From: Escherichia coli | GTDB lineage: Bacteria; Pseudomonadota; Gammaproteobacteria; Enterobacterales; Enterobacteriaceae | Direction: 5' to 3' (one strand) | Assembly (NCBI RefSeq): GCF_013122565.1 | Contig: NZ_CP053258.1 | Length of the DNA: 64,000 nucleotides | Shown here: piece after piece, positions 17,590 through 28,496 of the stretch | How positions within the stretch are numbered: position 1 is the stretch's first letter | How the letters are laid out: every line of letters begins with the position of its first letter | Position numbers and translations under genes: made by a program | The notes under the pieces: generated by a model | The model's input: only the letters and a program-made list of their open reading frames with translations | Database searches by the model: none | What the model was told of the DNA's origin: nothing

Positions 17590-18543
17590 ATGATCGAAGT
17601 AAAACACCTGAAAACGCTACAAGCGTTGCGGAACTGCGGCTCGCTCGCAGCCGCTGCGGCGACGTTGCATCAGACGCAATCCGCCCTGTCTCACCAGTTT
17701 AGCGATCTGGAACAACGCCTTGGCTTCCGGCTATTTGTGCGTAAGAGCCAGCCGCTTCGCTTTACACCGCAGGGAGAAATCCTGTTGCAACTGGCAAACC
17801 AGGTGCTGCCGCAAATCAGCCAGGCACTGCAAGCCTGCAATGAACCGCAGCAGACGCGTCTGCGCATTGCCATTGAGTGCCATAGCTGTATTCAGTGGCT
17901 GACGCCCGCGTTAGAAAATTTCCATAAGAACTGGCCGCAGGTAGAGATGGATTTTAAATCGGGCGTGACGTTTGACCCGCAGCCTGCGTTGCAACAGGGC
18001 GAGCTGGATCTGGTGATGACCTCCGATATCCTGCCGCGCAGTGGCCTGCATTATTCGCCGATGTTCGACTATGAAGTGCGTCTGGTGTTAGCACCTGATC
18101 ATCCACTGGCGGTGAAAACGCGAATCACGCCGGAAGATCTCGCCAGCGAGACGCTGTTGATTTATCCGGTGCAGCGTAGCCGACTGGATGTCTGGCGGCA
18201 TTTTCTTCAGCCGGCAGGCGTCAGCCCGTCACTGAAAAGCGTCGATAACACCTTATTGTTGATTCAGATGGTTGCCGCGCGGATGGGTATTGCCGCGCTA
18301 CCGCATTGGGTAGTAGAGAGTTTTGAGCGCCAGGGTCTGGTGGTGACCAAAACCCTGGGCGAAGGCTTGTGGAGCCGACTGTACGCCGCCGTGCGCGATG
18401 GCGAGCAGCGTCAGCCGATTACAGAAGCATTTATTCGCTCAGCGCGCAATCACGCCTGCGATCATCTGCCGTTTGTGAAGAGCGCGGAGCGACCCACTTA
18501 CGATGCACCCACAGTGAGGCCAGGATCACCAGCGCGCCTGTAA
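17590..18543 (+). CDS. metR: LysR-family transcriptional activator MetR
   Basis: 317 aa, N-terminal [40 protein letters not shown]. Confidence 0.95.
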   Translation: MIEVKHLKTLQALRNCGSLAAAAATLHQTQSALSHQFSDLEQRLGFRLFVRKSQPLRFTPQGEILLQLANQVLPQISQALQACNEPQQTRLRIAIECHSCIQWLTPALENFHKNWPQVEMDFKSGVTFDPQPALQQGELDLVMTSDILPRSGLHYSPMFDYEVRLVLAPDHPLAVKTRITPEDLASETLLIYPVQRSRLDVWRHFLQPAGVSPSLKSVDNTLLLIQMVAARMGIAALPHWVVESFERQGLVVTKTLGEGLWSRLYAAVRDGEQRQPITEAFIRSARNHACDHLPFVKSAERPTYDAPTVRPGSPARL

Positions 18544-19330
18544 TAAACGTTGGCCAGTGCGGCTGTTGGTGCCAGATAGCCAGGTTTACCAGCAGCCCTG
18601 CCGGAACGTGCATATTATTCATAATGCCCAGCGTTCCGGCGTCTACTTGGGTTGCGCCGTAGTTCCACATAAAGTAGCCAATCCCGGAAGCCACCACGCC
18701 AAGAAACACCAGAATGCCCCATTGCAACGTGGTTTGCGGCATTTTCTGCGCATTTCCCAGCAAGAACCATGCAATTACCGCCACCAGGAACGCGCCAAGA
18801 TAGAACCACGCAAAGGCGTTATGCTGCGGCATCGGGCGAGTTTCCATCAGGCGTTTGTAACCCACCATGCCGATGGCAAAAGTGATATTGGAGAGTTGCA
18901 CCAGCAACAAGCCAGTCCAGAAATGGTCGGTGACCTGATCATAGCGAATAATCCCGGCACCAATCACCGCCAGCAAGGCGCTAAAAGCATAGCCCCAGCG
19001 CAGACGGCGCTTACTCATGATGTCATAAATCAGCGTGATGTAGAGCGGCGTCAGCACGGTGAACAGCAGCAGCTCGGAAACCGTCAGGTAGAGATAGGCG
19101 CGGAAACTCAGCATATACATCACGCCAAGCTGCATCGCGCCCACCAGCATATACAGGCCGACCGTTTTCAGGCTATTGCCACGGGTACGCAGAAACGGCA
19201 GAAAAACGAGTGCCGCCAGGCCAACGCGCACCAGCACGGCAAAATAGCTATCGACGTGCCCCGCAAGGTACTCGCCATAAAAACTAAAGGAGAAGGCCCA
19301 CAAAATCGTGGTGATGATAAGTAGCGCCAC
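18431..19330 (-). CDS. yigM: EamA/DMT-family transporter (biotin uptake)
   Basis: 299 aa, ~10 TM helices; 3' end overlaps metR 3' end by ~113 nt on the opposite strand. Confidence 0.85.
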   Translation of the reverse strand: MALLIITTILWAFSFSFYGEYLAGHVDSYFAVLVRVGLAALVFLPFLRTRGNSLKTVGLYMLVGAMQLGVMYMLSFRAYLYLTVSELLLFTVLTPLYITLIYDIMSKRRLRWGYAFSALLAVIGAGIIRYDQVTDHFWTGLLLVQLSNITFAIGMVGYKRLMETRPMPQHNAFAWFYLGAFLVAVIAWFLLGNAQKMPQTTLQWGILVFLGVVASGIGYFMWNYGATQVDAGTLGIMNNMHVPAGLLVNLAIWHQQPHWPTFITGALVILASLWVHRKWVAPRSSQTADDRRRDCALSE

Positions 19331-19405
19331 AATGGAAAACTCTTTGATTAACGAGTATCCATTGTAGCGAAGTATCAGGTTGACAACTGACCAAATAAAG
19401 AACGA

Positions 19406-20206
19406 TTACGATAAATAGAGTTTACGCAGATAATGCGGCACCGCGTCGTCGGCATTAGTACCAATCACTTCCAGCTCGGGATGAAGGTCTTTCAGACGCT
19501 GGTGCGCACTGCCCATAATGCAGCCTTTCCCCGCCATCGACAGCATTTCGGCATCGTTCATCCCGTCACCAAACGCAATACAATCCTTCAGGCTGTAGCC
19601 CAGTTTCTTCGCCACCGCTTCCAGCGCATGGCCTTTTGAAACGCCGCCCGCCATCACTTCCAGACAGGTTAAGGTAGAGAAACTGACGTTGACGCGATCG
19701 CCCCAACGAGCGTTAATCGCCTGCTCCAGCGGCAGCAGTTGTTCATGGGAATCGCAGGTGAAGAACACTTTGCTGACGCCTTCCGGCTCCAGTAATCCAG
19801 GCTCATACAGCGCATATTTGAACACCGCTTCTTTAAAAAAGCGCATCTCTTCCGGGCGATGGCGATTCATAAACCATTCGTCGTCGCGATAAACGTTAGT
19901 AATGATGTCCGGATTGTCGTTGACTACGCCAAACAGATCGCTGGCAATGTCGCGATCCAGGTTATGAGCAAAAATCAGATTACCATCCAGATCGTGAACG
20001 CGCGCACCATTGGAGGTAATCATGTAAGACTTAATCTCCAGATTATCGCGAATTTGCCCCACATCAACGTGGTGACGACCGGTCGCAAACACAAAGTTGA
20101 TGCCGCGCGCGGTGAGCAGCTTCAGGGTTTCTTTGGCGTAAGGGGATAACGTATGGTCGGGAGAAAGTAACGTGCCATCTAAATCAGACGCAACAACCTG
20201 GTACAT
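19406..20206 (-). CDS. yigL: HAD-family sugar/pyridoxal phosphatase
   Basis: Trimmed to MYQVVASDLDGTLL (HAD motif I), 266 aa. Confidence 0.88.
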   Translation of the reverse strand: MYQVVASDLDGTLLSPDHTLSPYAKETLKLLTARGINFVFATGRHHVDVGQIRDNLEIKSYMITSNGARVHDLDGNLIFAHNLDRDIASDLFGVVNDNPDIITNVYRDDEWFMNRHRPEEMRFFKEAVFKYALYEPGLLEPEGVSKVFFTCDSHEQLLPLEQAINARWGDRVNVSFSTLTCLEVMAGGVSKGHALEAVAKKLGYSLKDCIAFGDGMNDAEMLSMAGKGCIMGSAHQRLKDLHPELEVIGTNADDAVPHYLRKLYLS

Positions 20207-20213
20207 AAGAAAT

Positions 20214-21236
20214 TTAAACCTCTGTAGAGCGGTTTCCGCTGGGTGAGTTATGCCTGTTGAAAAAATCAACGATGGCGTGGAGCGCGACTGAGCGCATTGC
20301 GTCCTTTTCAAAAAGGATCTCATGGTAAGCACCTTTAATTACCAACGGCCGTCCTCCTTCGACAGGATGGCCCGCGGCGGTGCGGAGTTCACAAAAACGG
20401 TCATGCATGCGGTTATCCACCACGCGTTCCTCTTCAGCCTGCAAGAGAAGCGTTGGCGTGGCGTCATCACCCGCACCGGCTAACACCTGTTCGCCAGCCA
20501 GAATACTTTCGCGTACCCAATGGTAGGTCGGCCCACCGACGCGAATCGTTGGGTCATCAGCATAGAAGCGTAAGTTACGTCGATATCGCTGTCTGCTGTG
20601 GGTCAGTACGTTGATAGCAAACGGCAACGCGCGCCAGCGCCCGGTGCCTATTGCATAGCCATCACGGAAACGTGGATGCGCTTCGGCCCAGTTGAGGATC
20701 TGCCGTGCCATAAATGACGGCATACGAATCACGATCCCAAACATTGGCGCAGTTAGCGCAATGGCGTCACATACACCTGGATGGCGTTGCAGAAATAATG
20801 TGGAGATCGCACCGCCCATCGAGTGCGCCAGTATATAGCGTTTACGCCACGGACCGGGCTGAACCTCCTGTTGCCAGAATGCCGCCAGATCATCAACATA
20901 ATCATTAAAGCGATTAACATGCCCGAGATGCGGATCGGCTAACAGGCGACCGGAACGTCCCTGCCCGCGATGGTCGATGATTAAGACATCAAACCCCAAA
21001 TGGAACAGGTCGTAGGCCAGTTCCGCATATTTTACGTAGCTCTCAATACGCCCCGGGCAGATGACTACCACCCGGTCATGGTGCTGTGCGCGAAAACGGA
21101 CAAAGCGCACCGGAATGTCATCCACACCAGTAAATTCTGCTTCATCACGCTGACGCCAGAAATCAGTCAGCGGTCCCATGGTAAAAGCAGCAAACGCGTT
21201 TTCTCTTGTTTCCCAGTCTTTTTGCTGCTGAAACAT
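20214..21236 (-). CDS. pldB: Lysophospholipase L2
   Basis: 340 aa, alpha/beta hydrolase with HSMGG nucleophile elbow. Confidence 0.93.
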   Translation of the reverse strand: MFQQQKDWETRENAFAAFTMGPLTDFWRQRDEAEFTGVDDIPVRFVRFRAQHHDRVVVICPGRIESYVKYAELAYDLFHLGFDVLIIDHRGQGRSGRLLADPHLGHVNRFNDYVDDLAAFWQQEVQPGPWRKRYILAHSMGGAISTLFLQRHPGVCDAIALTAPMFGIVIRMPSFMARQILNWAEAHPRFRDGYAIGTGRWRALPFAINVLTHSRQRYRRNLRFYADDPTIRVGGPTYHWVRESILAGEQVLAGAGDDATPTLLLQAEEERVVDNRMHDRFCELRTAAGHPVEGGRPLVIKGAYHEILFEKDAMRSVALHAIVDFFNRHNSPSGNRSTEV

Positions 21237-21346
21237 CGGGTAATCTGCCTCTTAAACCACGTAAAATCGTTTTTTTAAGCGTGCCTGACACAACGCTGCG
21301 ACAGTAGCGTATTGTGGCACAAAAATAGACACACCGGGAGTTCATC

Positions 21347-21967
21347 ATGACCTTAGAATGGTGGTTTGCCTACCTGCTGACATCGATCATTTTAAGCCTG
21401 TCGCCAGGCTCTGGCGCAATCAACACCATGACCACCTCGCTCAACCACGGTTATCGCGGCGCGGTGGCGTCTATTGCTGGGCTTCAGACCGGACTGGCGA
21501 TTCATATTGTGCTGGTTGGCGTGGGGTTGGGGACGCTATTTTCCCGCTCAGTGATTGCGTTTGAAGTGTTGAAGTGGGCGGGCGCAGCTTATCTGATTTG
21601 GCTTGGGATCCAGCAGTGGCGCGCCGCTGGCGCAATTGATCTTAAATCGCTGGCCTCTACTCAATCGCGTCGACATTTGTTCCAGCGCGCAGTGTTTGTG
21701 AATCTTACCAATCCCAAAAGTATTGTGTTTCTGGCGGCGCTATTTCCGCAATTCATCATGCCGCAGCAGCCACAACTGATGCAGTATATCGTGCTCGGCG
21801 TCACCACTATTGTGGTCGATATTATTGTGATGATCGGTTACGCCACCCTTGCTCAACGGATTGCTCTATGGATTAAAGGACCAAAGCAGATGAAGGCGCT
21901 GAATAAGATTTTCGGCTCGTTGTTTATGCTGGTGGGAGCGCTGTTAGCATCGGCGAGGCATGCGTGA
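21347..21967 (+). CDS. rhtB: Homoserine/homoserine-lactone efflux protein (LysE family)
   Basis: 206 aa, [27 protein letters not shown]. Confidence 0.93.
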
Positions 21968-21976
21968 AAAATAATG

Positions 21977-22020
21977 TCGGATGCGGCGTAAACGCCTTAT
22001 CCGACTTACTCTGATGACGC
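21977..22020. repeat. REP element between convergent rhtB and rhtC
   Basis: tcggatgcggcgtaaacgccttatccgac palindromic unit. Confidence 0.75.
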
Positions 22021-22028
22021 GTCTGGCA

Positions 22029-22649
22029 TCAACGCGAAATAATCAAATGAATGCCAAATCCGGCAAATAACGCCCCGGCAAAACCATCAATCCACTTCGC
22101 CAGACGTTGATAACCACGGCGCATTTGCGGCAGGGCAAACAGGCTGGCAACGACGGTAAACCACGCCAGTGTTTCGACAATAATCAACGCGAAAATGCCC
22201 CAGCGCTCGGTGGTGCCGACGTTATCGCCGACAAACAGCGAGAATACCGAACCAAAGTAGATAATCGCTTTCGGATTGGCGAGATTAGTCAGTAAACCTT
22301 TCAGGAAACTGCGCCCGCTTTTCGCCAGCTCGACCTGTGGCGCAGGTGCAGAAACAGCCTCTTTTTTCAGAGCACCACGCAGCATCTGATAACCCATCCA
22401 GCAGAGATACAGGCCACCGCCCACCATAATCAGCGTATGCAGCCAGGCCATTTTTTCGATAATCAAATGCAGGCCAAGCAACGCAATCCCAGCCCAAACC
22501 ATTACGCCGCAGGTAATGCCCAGCACGCCCATCATCGCTTCTTTACGGGAACGACTGACAGCGGTCTGAGAGACAAAAAAGAAATCGGGACCGGGGCTCA
22601 TAAGCGCCACAATGTGCACCATGGCGACGGTGAGGAATAACATCAACAT
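22029..22649 (-). CDS. rhtC: Threonine efflux protein (LysE family)
   Basis: 206 aa, MLMLFLTVAMVHIVALMSPGPDFFFV. Confidence 0.93.
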   Translation of the reverse strand: MLMLFLTVAMVHIVALMSPGPDFFFVSQTAVSRSRKEAMMGVLGITCGVMVWAGIALLGLHLIIEKMAWLHTLIMVGGGLYLCWMGYQMLRGALKKEAVSAPAPQVELAKSGRSFLKGLLTNLANPKAIIYFGSVFSLFVGDNVGTTERWGIFALIIVETLAWFTVVASLFALPQMRRGYQRLAKWIDGFAGALFAGFGIHLIISR

Positions 22650-22712
22650 ACATTAGACTCGCGGGGGAAACGTTTACGGAGTCTTCATCCTGGCACTTTT
22701 TTATCCTGCTGA

Positions 22713-24542
22713 CTACTCTTCGTCATCGCCATCAACATGTGCACGAATCAGCGCCATAAACGGTTTGCCAAAGCGTTCCAGCTTGCGCATCCCAACGCCG
22801 TTAACGCTGAGCATTTCGCTGGCAGTGATCGGCATCTGTTCAGCCATCTCAATCAAGGTCGCGTCGTTAAACACCACGTACGGCGGGACATTGCTTTCAT
22901 CGGCAATCGATTTACGCAGTTTGCGTAATTTGGCGAACAGTTTGCGATCGTAGTTGCCGCCGAAGGATTTCTGCATCGCTTTCGGTTTGAGCGCCACGAT
23001 ACGTGGCACGGCAAGTTGCAAAGAGGATTCGCCGCGCAGCACCGGACGCGCAGCCTCTGTCAGTTGTAGGGCAGAATGCTGGGCAATATTTTGCGTCACC
23101 AGGCCGAGGTGAATCAGCTGGCGGATCACGCTCACCCAATGTTCATGGCTTTTATCACGGCCCATGCCATAGACTTTCAGTTTGTCATGACCATAGTCGC
23201 GGATACGCTGGTTATTAGCGCCACGAATCACTTCCACCACATAACCCATCCCAAACCGCTGATTCACCCGACCAATGGTGGAAAGGGCAATCTGTGCATC
23301 GGTTGAACCATCGTACTGTTTCGGCGGATCGAGGCAAATATCGCAGTTCCCGCACGGCTCCTGCCGCCCTTCGCCAAAATAGTTCAGCAATACCAGACGA
23401 CGGCAAGTTTGCGCTTCGGCAAAAGCGCCCATCGCATTGAGTTTATGACGTTCGATATCCTGCAACTGCCCCTGCGGCTTCTCTTCCAGGCAACGGCGCA
23501 GCCACGCCATATCCGCCGGATCGTAAAACAGCATCGCTTCCGCGGGCAGGCCATCACGCCCGGCGCGTCCGGTTTCCTGATAATAGGATTCGATATTGCG
23601 CGGAATGTCAAAATGCACCACGAAGCGGACGTTAGGTTTGTTGATGCCCATGCCGAACGCCACCGTCGCCACCACAATTTGCAGGTCATCGCGCTGGAAT
23701 TTCTCCTGCACGTCGGCGCGAATATTATTTTCCAGCCCGGCATGATAGGCCGCCGCGCTGATACCCTTGCTTTGCAGACGCGCGGCGGTGTCTTCTACTT
23801 TCGCCCGACTGTTGCAGTAAATAATCCCCGACTTACCGCGTTGTTCCTGCACGTAGCGCATCAGCTGATCGAGAGGTTTGAACTTCTCCATCAGCATGTA
23901 GCGAATATTCGGACGGTCAAAACTGCTAATTTGAATCAGCGGATCGTTCAGCCCCAGCAGGCGCACGATATCCTGGCGCGTGGTGTCGTCGGCTGTGGCG
24001 GTCAGCGCCATAAACGGCAGCGTCGGGAACCGCTGGCGCAACTGACCGAGCGCGGCATATTCCGGGCGGAAATCGTGGCCCCATTGGGAGATACAGTGCG
24101 CTTCATCAACGGCTAATAACACCGGATTCCAGTGCGCCAGATGCTCAAGAAAGTTATCCAGCATCAGGCGTTCCGGCGCGATATACAGTAAGCGAATTTG
24201 CCCGGTGCGACAGCCTGTCATCACGTCAAGTTGCTGCTCGCGGGTTTGCGTCGAGTTAAGGCACGCCGCCGCCACGCCGTTGGCTTGCAGTTGATCCACC
24301 TGATCTTTCATCAACGAAATCAGCGGTGAAACAACCACAGTAAGGCCGTTTAGCAATAAGGCAGGAATTTGATAGCAAAGGGATTTTCCGCCACCAGTGG
24401 GCATGACAACCAGGCAATCGCGACCGGAAAGCACAGTGTCGATAATTTCTTCCTGGCCGGGGCGAAACTGTTGGTAGCCAAAGGTTTCTTGTAAAACCTG
24501 TTTAGCTCCGGACTCCAGATTCAACACTTCCGCCTGCGCCAC
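22713..24542 (-). CDS. recQ: ATP-dependent DNA helicase RecQ
   Basis: Track ORF 22713..24548 (611 aa, GTG shown as M); trimmed to the second GTG giving [11 protein letters not shown] and 609 aa; DEAH box, RQC and HRDC regions present. Confidence 0.93.
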   Translation of the reverse strand: MAQAEVLNLESGAKQVLQETFGYQQFRPGQEEIIDTVLSGRDCLVVMPTGGGKSLCYQIPALLLNGLTVVVSPLISLMKDQVDQLQANGVAAACLNSTQTREQQLDVMTGCRTGQIRLLYIAPERLMLDNFLEHLAHWNPVLLAVDEAHCISQWGHDFRPEYAALGQLRQRFPTLPFMALTATADDTTRQDIVRLLGLNDPLIQISSFDRPNIRYMLMEKFKPLDQLMRYVQEQRGKSGIIYCNSRAKVEDTAARLQSKGISAAAYHAGLENNIRADVQEKFQRDDLQIVVATVAFGMGINKPNVRFVVHFDIPRNIESYYQETGRAGRDGLPAEAMLFYDPADMAWLRRCLEEKPQGQLQDIERHKLNAMGAFAEAQTCRRLVLLNYFGEGRQEPCGNCDICLDPPKQYDGSTDAQIALSTIGRVNQRFGMGYVVEVIRGANNQRIRDYGHDKLKVYGMGRDKSHEHWVSVIRQLIHLGLVTQNIAQHSALQLTEAARPVLRGESSLQLAVPRIVALKPKAMQKSFGGNYDRKLFAKLRKLRKSIADESNVPPYVVFNDATLIEMAEQMPITASEMLSVNGVGMRKLERFGKPFMALIRAHVDGDDEE

Positions 24543-24558
24543 ATTCACCCCGATTGCC

Positions 24559-24591
24559 TGAAATAAAAACAGGCGCTATTTTCAGCGCCTG
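24559..24591 (-). terminator. Rho-independent terminator just upstream of recQ
   Basis: Minus-strand hairpin caggcgctgaaaatagcgcctg followed by tttttatttc. Confidence 0.65.
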
Positions 24592-24611
24592 CGCGAGAAA
24601 CTGCAATGCTT

Positions 24612-25070
24612 TTAGTCTCTGAGAGGGTAATCCTGGATACTGGATTCCAGATTTGTCAGGATCAAAGCGACATCGGCATCCGCCAAACGAAACTCCGCCT
24701 GCCATATATTCTCTGACGTATGAAACGTAGGGCATAGCCCGCAAGCCAGTATCACATTGATAATAATGACATCACCGGAATACCCTGTGTATTCGAACTC
24801 CAGGCATGGCTCGGTAAATTCCAGATTTTTCTCTGGGTAGCCATCGGGAGAAGGGCGCTGCAACAATGTGGTAAACCACCTATGAAGCTTTGTTAAGTCA
24901 TATGTCCCTATTGCCGGATCTATCTTTTCAAACCGCTGATTTCCCTGCGTCACGCCCACTTTGAGGAATAACCAGTTACCATCCCAGAAATTACTGGTAT
25001 CAGGATACTGATACCCCATAACATCCAGCGTCAAAGTAACGGCCAGCTCACTATTGCTTAACGTAATCAT
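24612..25070 (-). CDS. Hypothetical 152-aa soluble protein, no family recognised
   Basis: Uninterrupted 459-nt ORF between pldA stop and the terminator, in a region that looks lower in GC than its neighbours; no obvious Shine-Dalgarno; not a gene I recall at this K-12 locus. Confidence 0.5.
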   Translation of the reverse strand: MITLSNSELAVTLTLDVMGYQYPDTSNFWDGNWLFLKVGVTQGNQRFEKIDPAIGTYDLTKLHRWFTTLLQRPSPDGYPEKNLEFTEPCLEFEYTGYSGDVIIINVILACGLCPTFHTSENIWQAEFRLADADVALILTNLESSIQDYPLRD

Positions 25071-25118
25071 AGCATTTGATTTTTAAACAAAAATTAGGTG
25101 CTGGCACTCTACCATGCA

Positions 25119-25988
25119 TTAAAACAGGTCGTTTAGCATAACTCCCACACCGACGCGGGTCTGGTTAAAGTTATAGTCGATGAGCGATTCGCCGTAACCG
25201 CTGTAGACCTGGGTATAAAGACGTACATGTTTGGTGATCGGGTAACTTAAGCCTAACTCCGCGCCGCCGTAGCCGGTGTTCCAGTTGTACTGTCCTTTCG
25301 CACTGAGCACCGCATCACCGAGGTGATAGCCGATTTTAAGCTGGTAGTAACCCATATATTTGGTGATATCCGGGTTATCGTCAGTATTACCCACCACATA
25401 CCACGGCTTCACTTCTACCAGCCAGTTACCGTTTTCTGCCATCAGGCGAGTATAAAGGCGGTTCCAGCTGCGGGAGGTCGGGTCTGAACGCCCGTTAGAG
25501 TCGTGGTTATACCCCATCTCTACATCGCGCAACGTCCAGCCTGCAAAACGGTAATCGGTGGCAAAACCGAGGAACAATTGCGGTTCGTAGTTGGTTTCAC
25601 GAAACGGTGAAGACTCTTCGCTATTGGACAGTTGCCACCAGGATTTTTGCGTATAAGACGCACCCAACACCGAGTTCGGGCCTAAAATCCCACGCCACAG
25701 CGGAAATGCCAGGCTCAACTGAAACTTTACTTCATCCTTACGCGCATTTTCCGCCCAGTCGTAACTGGCAATAGCTTCTTTATTCAGATCGCTGGTTTGT
25801 GTGTAGATGAGGTAGTTGGTGTCATAAGGATAGAGCGTGAACGGATTGTCATGCTCCTGCAGCATATTGGCGATAATACTGCCACGCACCGCTGGCGCGT
25901 CATGCACCTCTTTCACCGTTGCCTCTTGTGCATATACTGCCATAGGCAACATAAACACCGGCAACAACCAGCCCTGCAGAGTCCGCAT
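25119..25988 (-). CDS. pldA: Outer membrane phospholipase A
   Basis: 289 aa, signal peptide MRTLQGWLLPVFMLPMAVYA then OMPLA beta-barrel. Confidence 0.95.
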   Translation of the reverse strand: MRTLQGWLLPVFMLPMAVYAQEATVKEVHDAPAVRGSIIANMLQEHDNPFTLYPYDTNYLIYTQTSDLNKEAIASYDWAENARKDEVKFQLSLAFPLWRGILGPNSVLGASYTQKSWWQLSNSEESSPFRETNYEPQLFLGFATDYRFAGWTLRDVEMGYNHDSNGRSDPTSRSWNRLYTRLMAENGNWLVEVKPWYVVGNTDDNPDITKYMGYYQLKIGYHLGDAVLSAKGQYNWNTGYGGAELGLSYPITKHVRLYTQVYSGYGESLIDYNFNQTRVGVGVMLNDLF

Positions 25989-26152
25989 CGATCGTGTTCT
26001 CCGTAACGAATTATTGATAAGGTGAATATTTTTCTGCGGGCTATTTTACATACTTAACTCCATAGCCGTTAGTTATCCCTTCCTAAAGTAGAAACCAACA
26101 ACAAAGAAGCATAAAATCAACATTTCATTAACCAATGAAGTGTAAGGATGAT

Positions 26153-26620
26153 ATGTCTGCCGTACTGACCGCTGAACAAGCCCTGAAATTAGTGGGTGAG
26201 ATGTTTGTTTATCACATGCCATTTAACCGCGCATTGGGGATGGAACTGGAGCGTTACGAAAAAGAGTTCGCACAGCTGGCCTTTAAAAATCAGCCAATGA
26301 TGGTGGGCAACTGGGCGCAAAGCATTTTGCACGGCGGGGTCATTGCGTCGGCGCTGGATGTCGCCGCCGGTCTGGTGTGCGTGGGAAGTACCTTAACCCG
26401 CCACGAAACCATCAGTGAAGATGAACTACGCCAGCGACTATCGCGGATGGGGACCATTGATCTTCGCGTCGATTATCTGCGCCCAGGCAGAGGCGAGCGT
26501 TTTACTGCTACCAGTAGCCTGTTGCGTGCAGGCAATAAAGTCGCCGTCGCCCGCGTTGAATTACACAATGAAGAACAGCTTTATATTGCCAGTGCCACCG
26601 CCACCTATATGGTAGGTTGA
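26153..26620 (+). CDS. yigI: Hotdog-fold acyl-CoA thioesterase (PaaI/YigI family)
   Basis: Trimmed to [16 protein letters not shown], 155 aa. Confidence 0.85.
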   Translation: MSAVLTAEQALKLVGEMFVYHMPFNRALGMELERYEKEFAQLAFKNQPMMVGNWAQSILHGGVIASALDVAAGLVCVGSTLTRHETISEDELRQRLSRMGTIDLRVDYLRPGRGERFTATSSLLRAGNKVAVARVELHNEEQLYIASATATYMVG

Positions 26621-26671
26621 TAACGTAAAAGCAGGTAAACTGCTGTTACCAATTAAAAATGAGTATTCCCG

Positions 26672-27559
26672 ATGGATGCAAAACAAACGCGGCAGGGCGT
26701 ATTACTCGCTCTTGCCGCTTATTTTATTTGGGGTATTGCGCCAGCGTACTTCAAGCTGATTTACTACGTGCCCGCCGATGAGATCCTGACGCATCGCGTG
26801 ATCTGGTCGTTTTTCTTTATGGTGGTGCTGATGAGCATTTGCCGCCAGTGGTCCTATTTAAAAACGCTGATTCAGACGCCACAGAAAATTTTTATGCTGG
26901 CAGTCTCTGCCGTGCTGATTGGTGGCAACTGGCTACTGTTTATCTGGGCGGTGAACAATCACCATATGCTGGAAGCGAGCCTTGGTTACTTTATTAACCC
27001 GCTGGTGAACATTGTGCTGGGGATGATTTTCCTCGGCGAGCGATTCCGCCGGATGCAATGGCTGGCGGTGATTCTGGCGATATGTGGCGTGTTGGTCCAG
27101 CTGTGGACTTTTGGTTCGCTACCTATTATCGCGCTGGGGCTGGCATTTAGTTTTGCCTTCTACGGCCTGGTGCGCAAGAAGATTGCGGTAGAAGCACAAA
27201 CCGGCATGTTAATTGAAACCATGTGGCTGCTGCCCGTGGCAGCGATTTACCTGTTTGCTATTGCCGACAGCTCAACCAGCCATATGGGGCAAAACCCGAT
27301 GTCGCTGAATTTACTGCTGATCGCCGCCGGTATTGTCACTACCGTACCGCTGTTGTGTTTTACTGCAGCTGCGACACGCCTGCGTCTCTCAACGTTAGGC
27401 TTTTTCCAGTATATTGGCCCGACGCTGATGTTTCTGCTGGCTGTGACGTTTTATGGTGAAAAACCGGGTGCCGATAAGATGGTGACTTTCGCCTTTATTT
27501 GGGTGGCGCTGGCAATTTTTGTGATGGATGCGATTTATACGCAGCGTAGAAAAAGTTAG
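26672..27559 (+). CDS. rarD: EamA/DMT-family transporter RarD
   Basis: 295 aa, 10-TM RarD sequence. Confidence 0.92.
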   Translation: MDAKQTRQGVLLALAAYFIWGIAPAYFKLIYYVPADEILTHRVIWSFFFMVVLMSICRQWSYLKTLIQTPQKIFMLAVSAVLIGGNWLLFIWAVNNHHMLEASLGYFINPLVNIVLGMIFLGERFRRMQWLAVILAICGVLVQLWTFGSLPIIALGLAFSFAFYGLVRKKIAVEAQTGMLIETMWLLPVAAIYLFAIADSSTSHMGQNPMSLNLLLIAAGIVTTVPLLCFTAAATRLRLSTLGFFQYIGPTLMFLLAVTFYGEKPGADKMVTFAFIWVALAIFVMDAIYTQRRKS

Positions 27560-27605
27560 GCATTAACATGGGTAGGCCATTTAAAAAGCCTACCCACTGA
27601 CTTAT

Positions 27606-27923
27606 CTATCTTTTTTTGAAAAAAATTAAGATAAGAAAAAGTACGATATTTGTTACAGGAAATACACCCAAAACTCCCCAGTACTTACTCCATCCTAGAG
27701 ACATTGTATATCTACCAAGGATTTGACAAAACCCAAAACTTAACCCTATACCTATACTTCTTAAATTTAATGTCGTAGTCAGGCTTAAAATAAATAGAAC
27801 AAGGATGGTAATAGCCCACCACAATAACCACGCCTTAACAAAATCAGATTTTTTGCTGTAAGGTTCTTTACCCAAGAACAACTGCCAAAAATTACCATTT
27901 TCCATATAGAAACCATTCACCAA
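27606..27923 (-). CDS. yigG: Small inner-membrane protein
   Basis: 105-aa ORF with 2-3 predicted TM helices in a markedly AT-rich islet; position matches yigG; start codon uncertain. Confidence 0.5.
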   Translation of the reverse strand: MVNGFYMENGNFWQLFLGKEPYSKKSDFVKAWLLWWAITILVLFILSLTTTLNLRSIGIGLSFGFCQILGRYTMSLGWSKYWGVLGVFPVTNIVLFLILIFFKKR

Positions 27924-28109
27924 AAGTATTATTCATGGAAACAAATATTATTTAATTATATTTAGTCCCCCTCAATAAAAACTTACACACTCTAAATTAC
28001 TACTGTATAGTTATCAATACAAAGGCTGTCATATTGCATGGATATAACAAGCATATGCTCTAAATAATGTATATACACTTAAACCAATCATATACTAAAC
28101 AATATAAAA

Positions 28110-28496
28110 ATGTTTAAACCATCTATTAAAAATATGTTTTACCCATCCACACTTGAGCGTTTATCACGTTTGCAGTTCATAATTTACACATTAATATCAT
28201 GGACAATATTAATAACTTTGAATGATATCAACCTGGCTTTGAGTTTCATTCTGGTCATCACTAATACGTATGTGAATATCAATATCGGAGCTAAAAGAAT
28301 AAGAGATACTGGATGTAAGGCAATCTACTTCGTATTGATTTCATTGGGTTTGACACTTTTTTCTATTATCTCTGCAGCAATTGAAGGGGTGAGATGTGAT
28401 TCATTAAGCGTCCAACTGAACGTGGCATGGATAGTATTCACAACAATTATGTTATCTGCGATTCCCTCGGCTAAAATGTCGCTGTCAGCACACTAA
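28110..28496 (+). CDS. yigF: Small inner-membrane protein
   Basis: 128-aa ORF, hydrophobic, AT-rich; divergent from yigG; position matches yigF. Confidence 0.55.
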   Translation: MFKPSIKNMFYPSTLERLSRLQFIIYTLISWTILITLNDINLALSFILVITNTYVNINIGAKRIRDTGCKAIYFVLISLGLTLFSIISAAIEGVRCDSLSVQLNVAWIVFTTIMLSAIPSAKMSLSAH

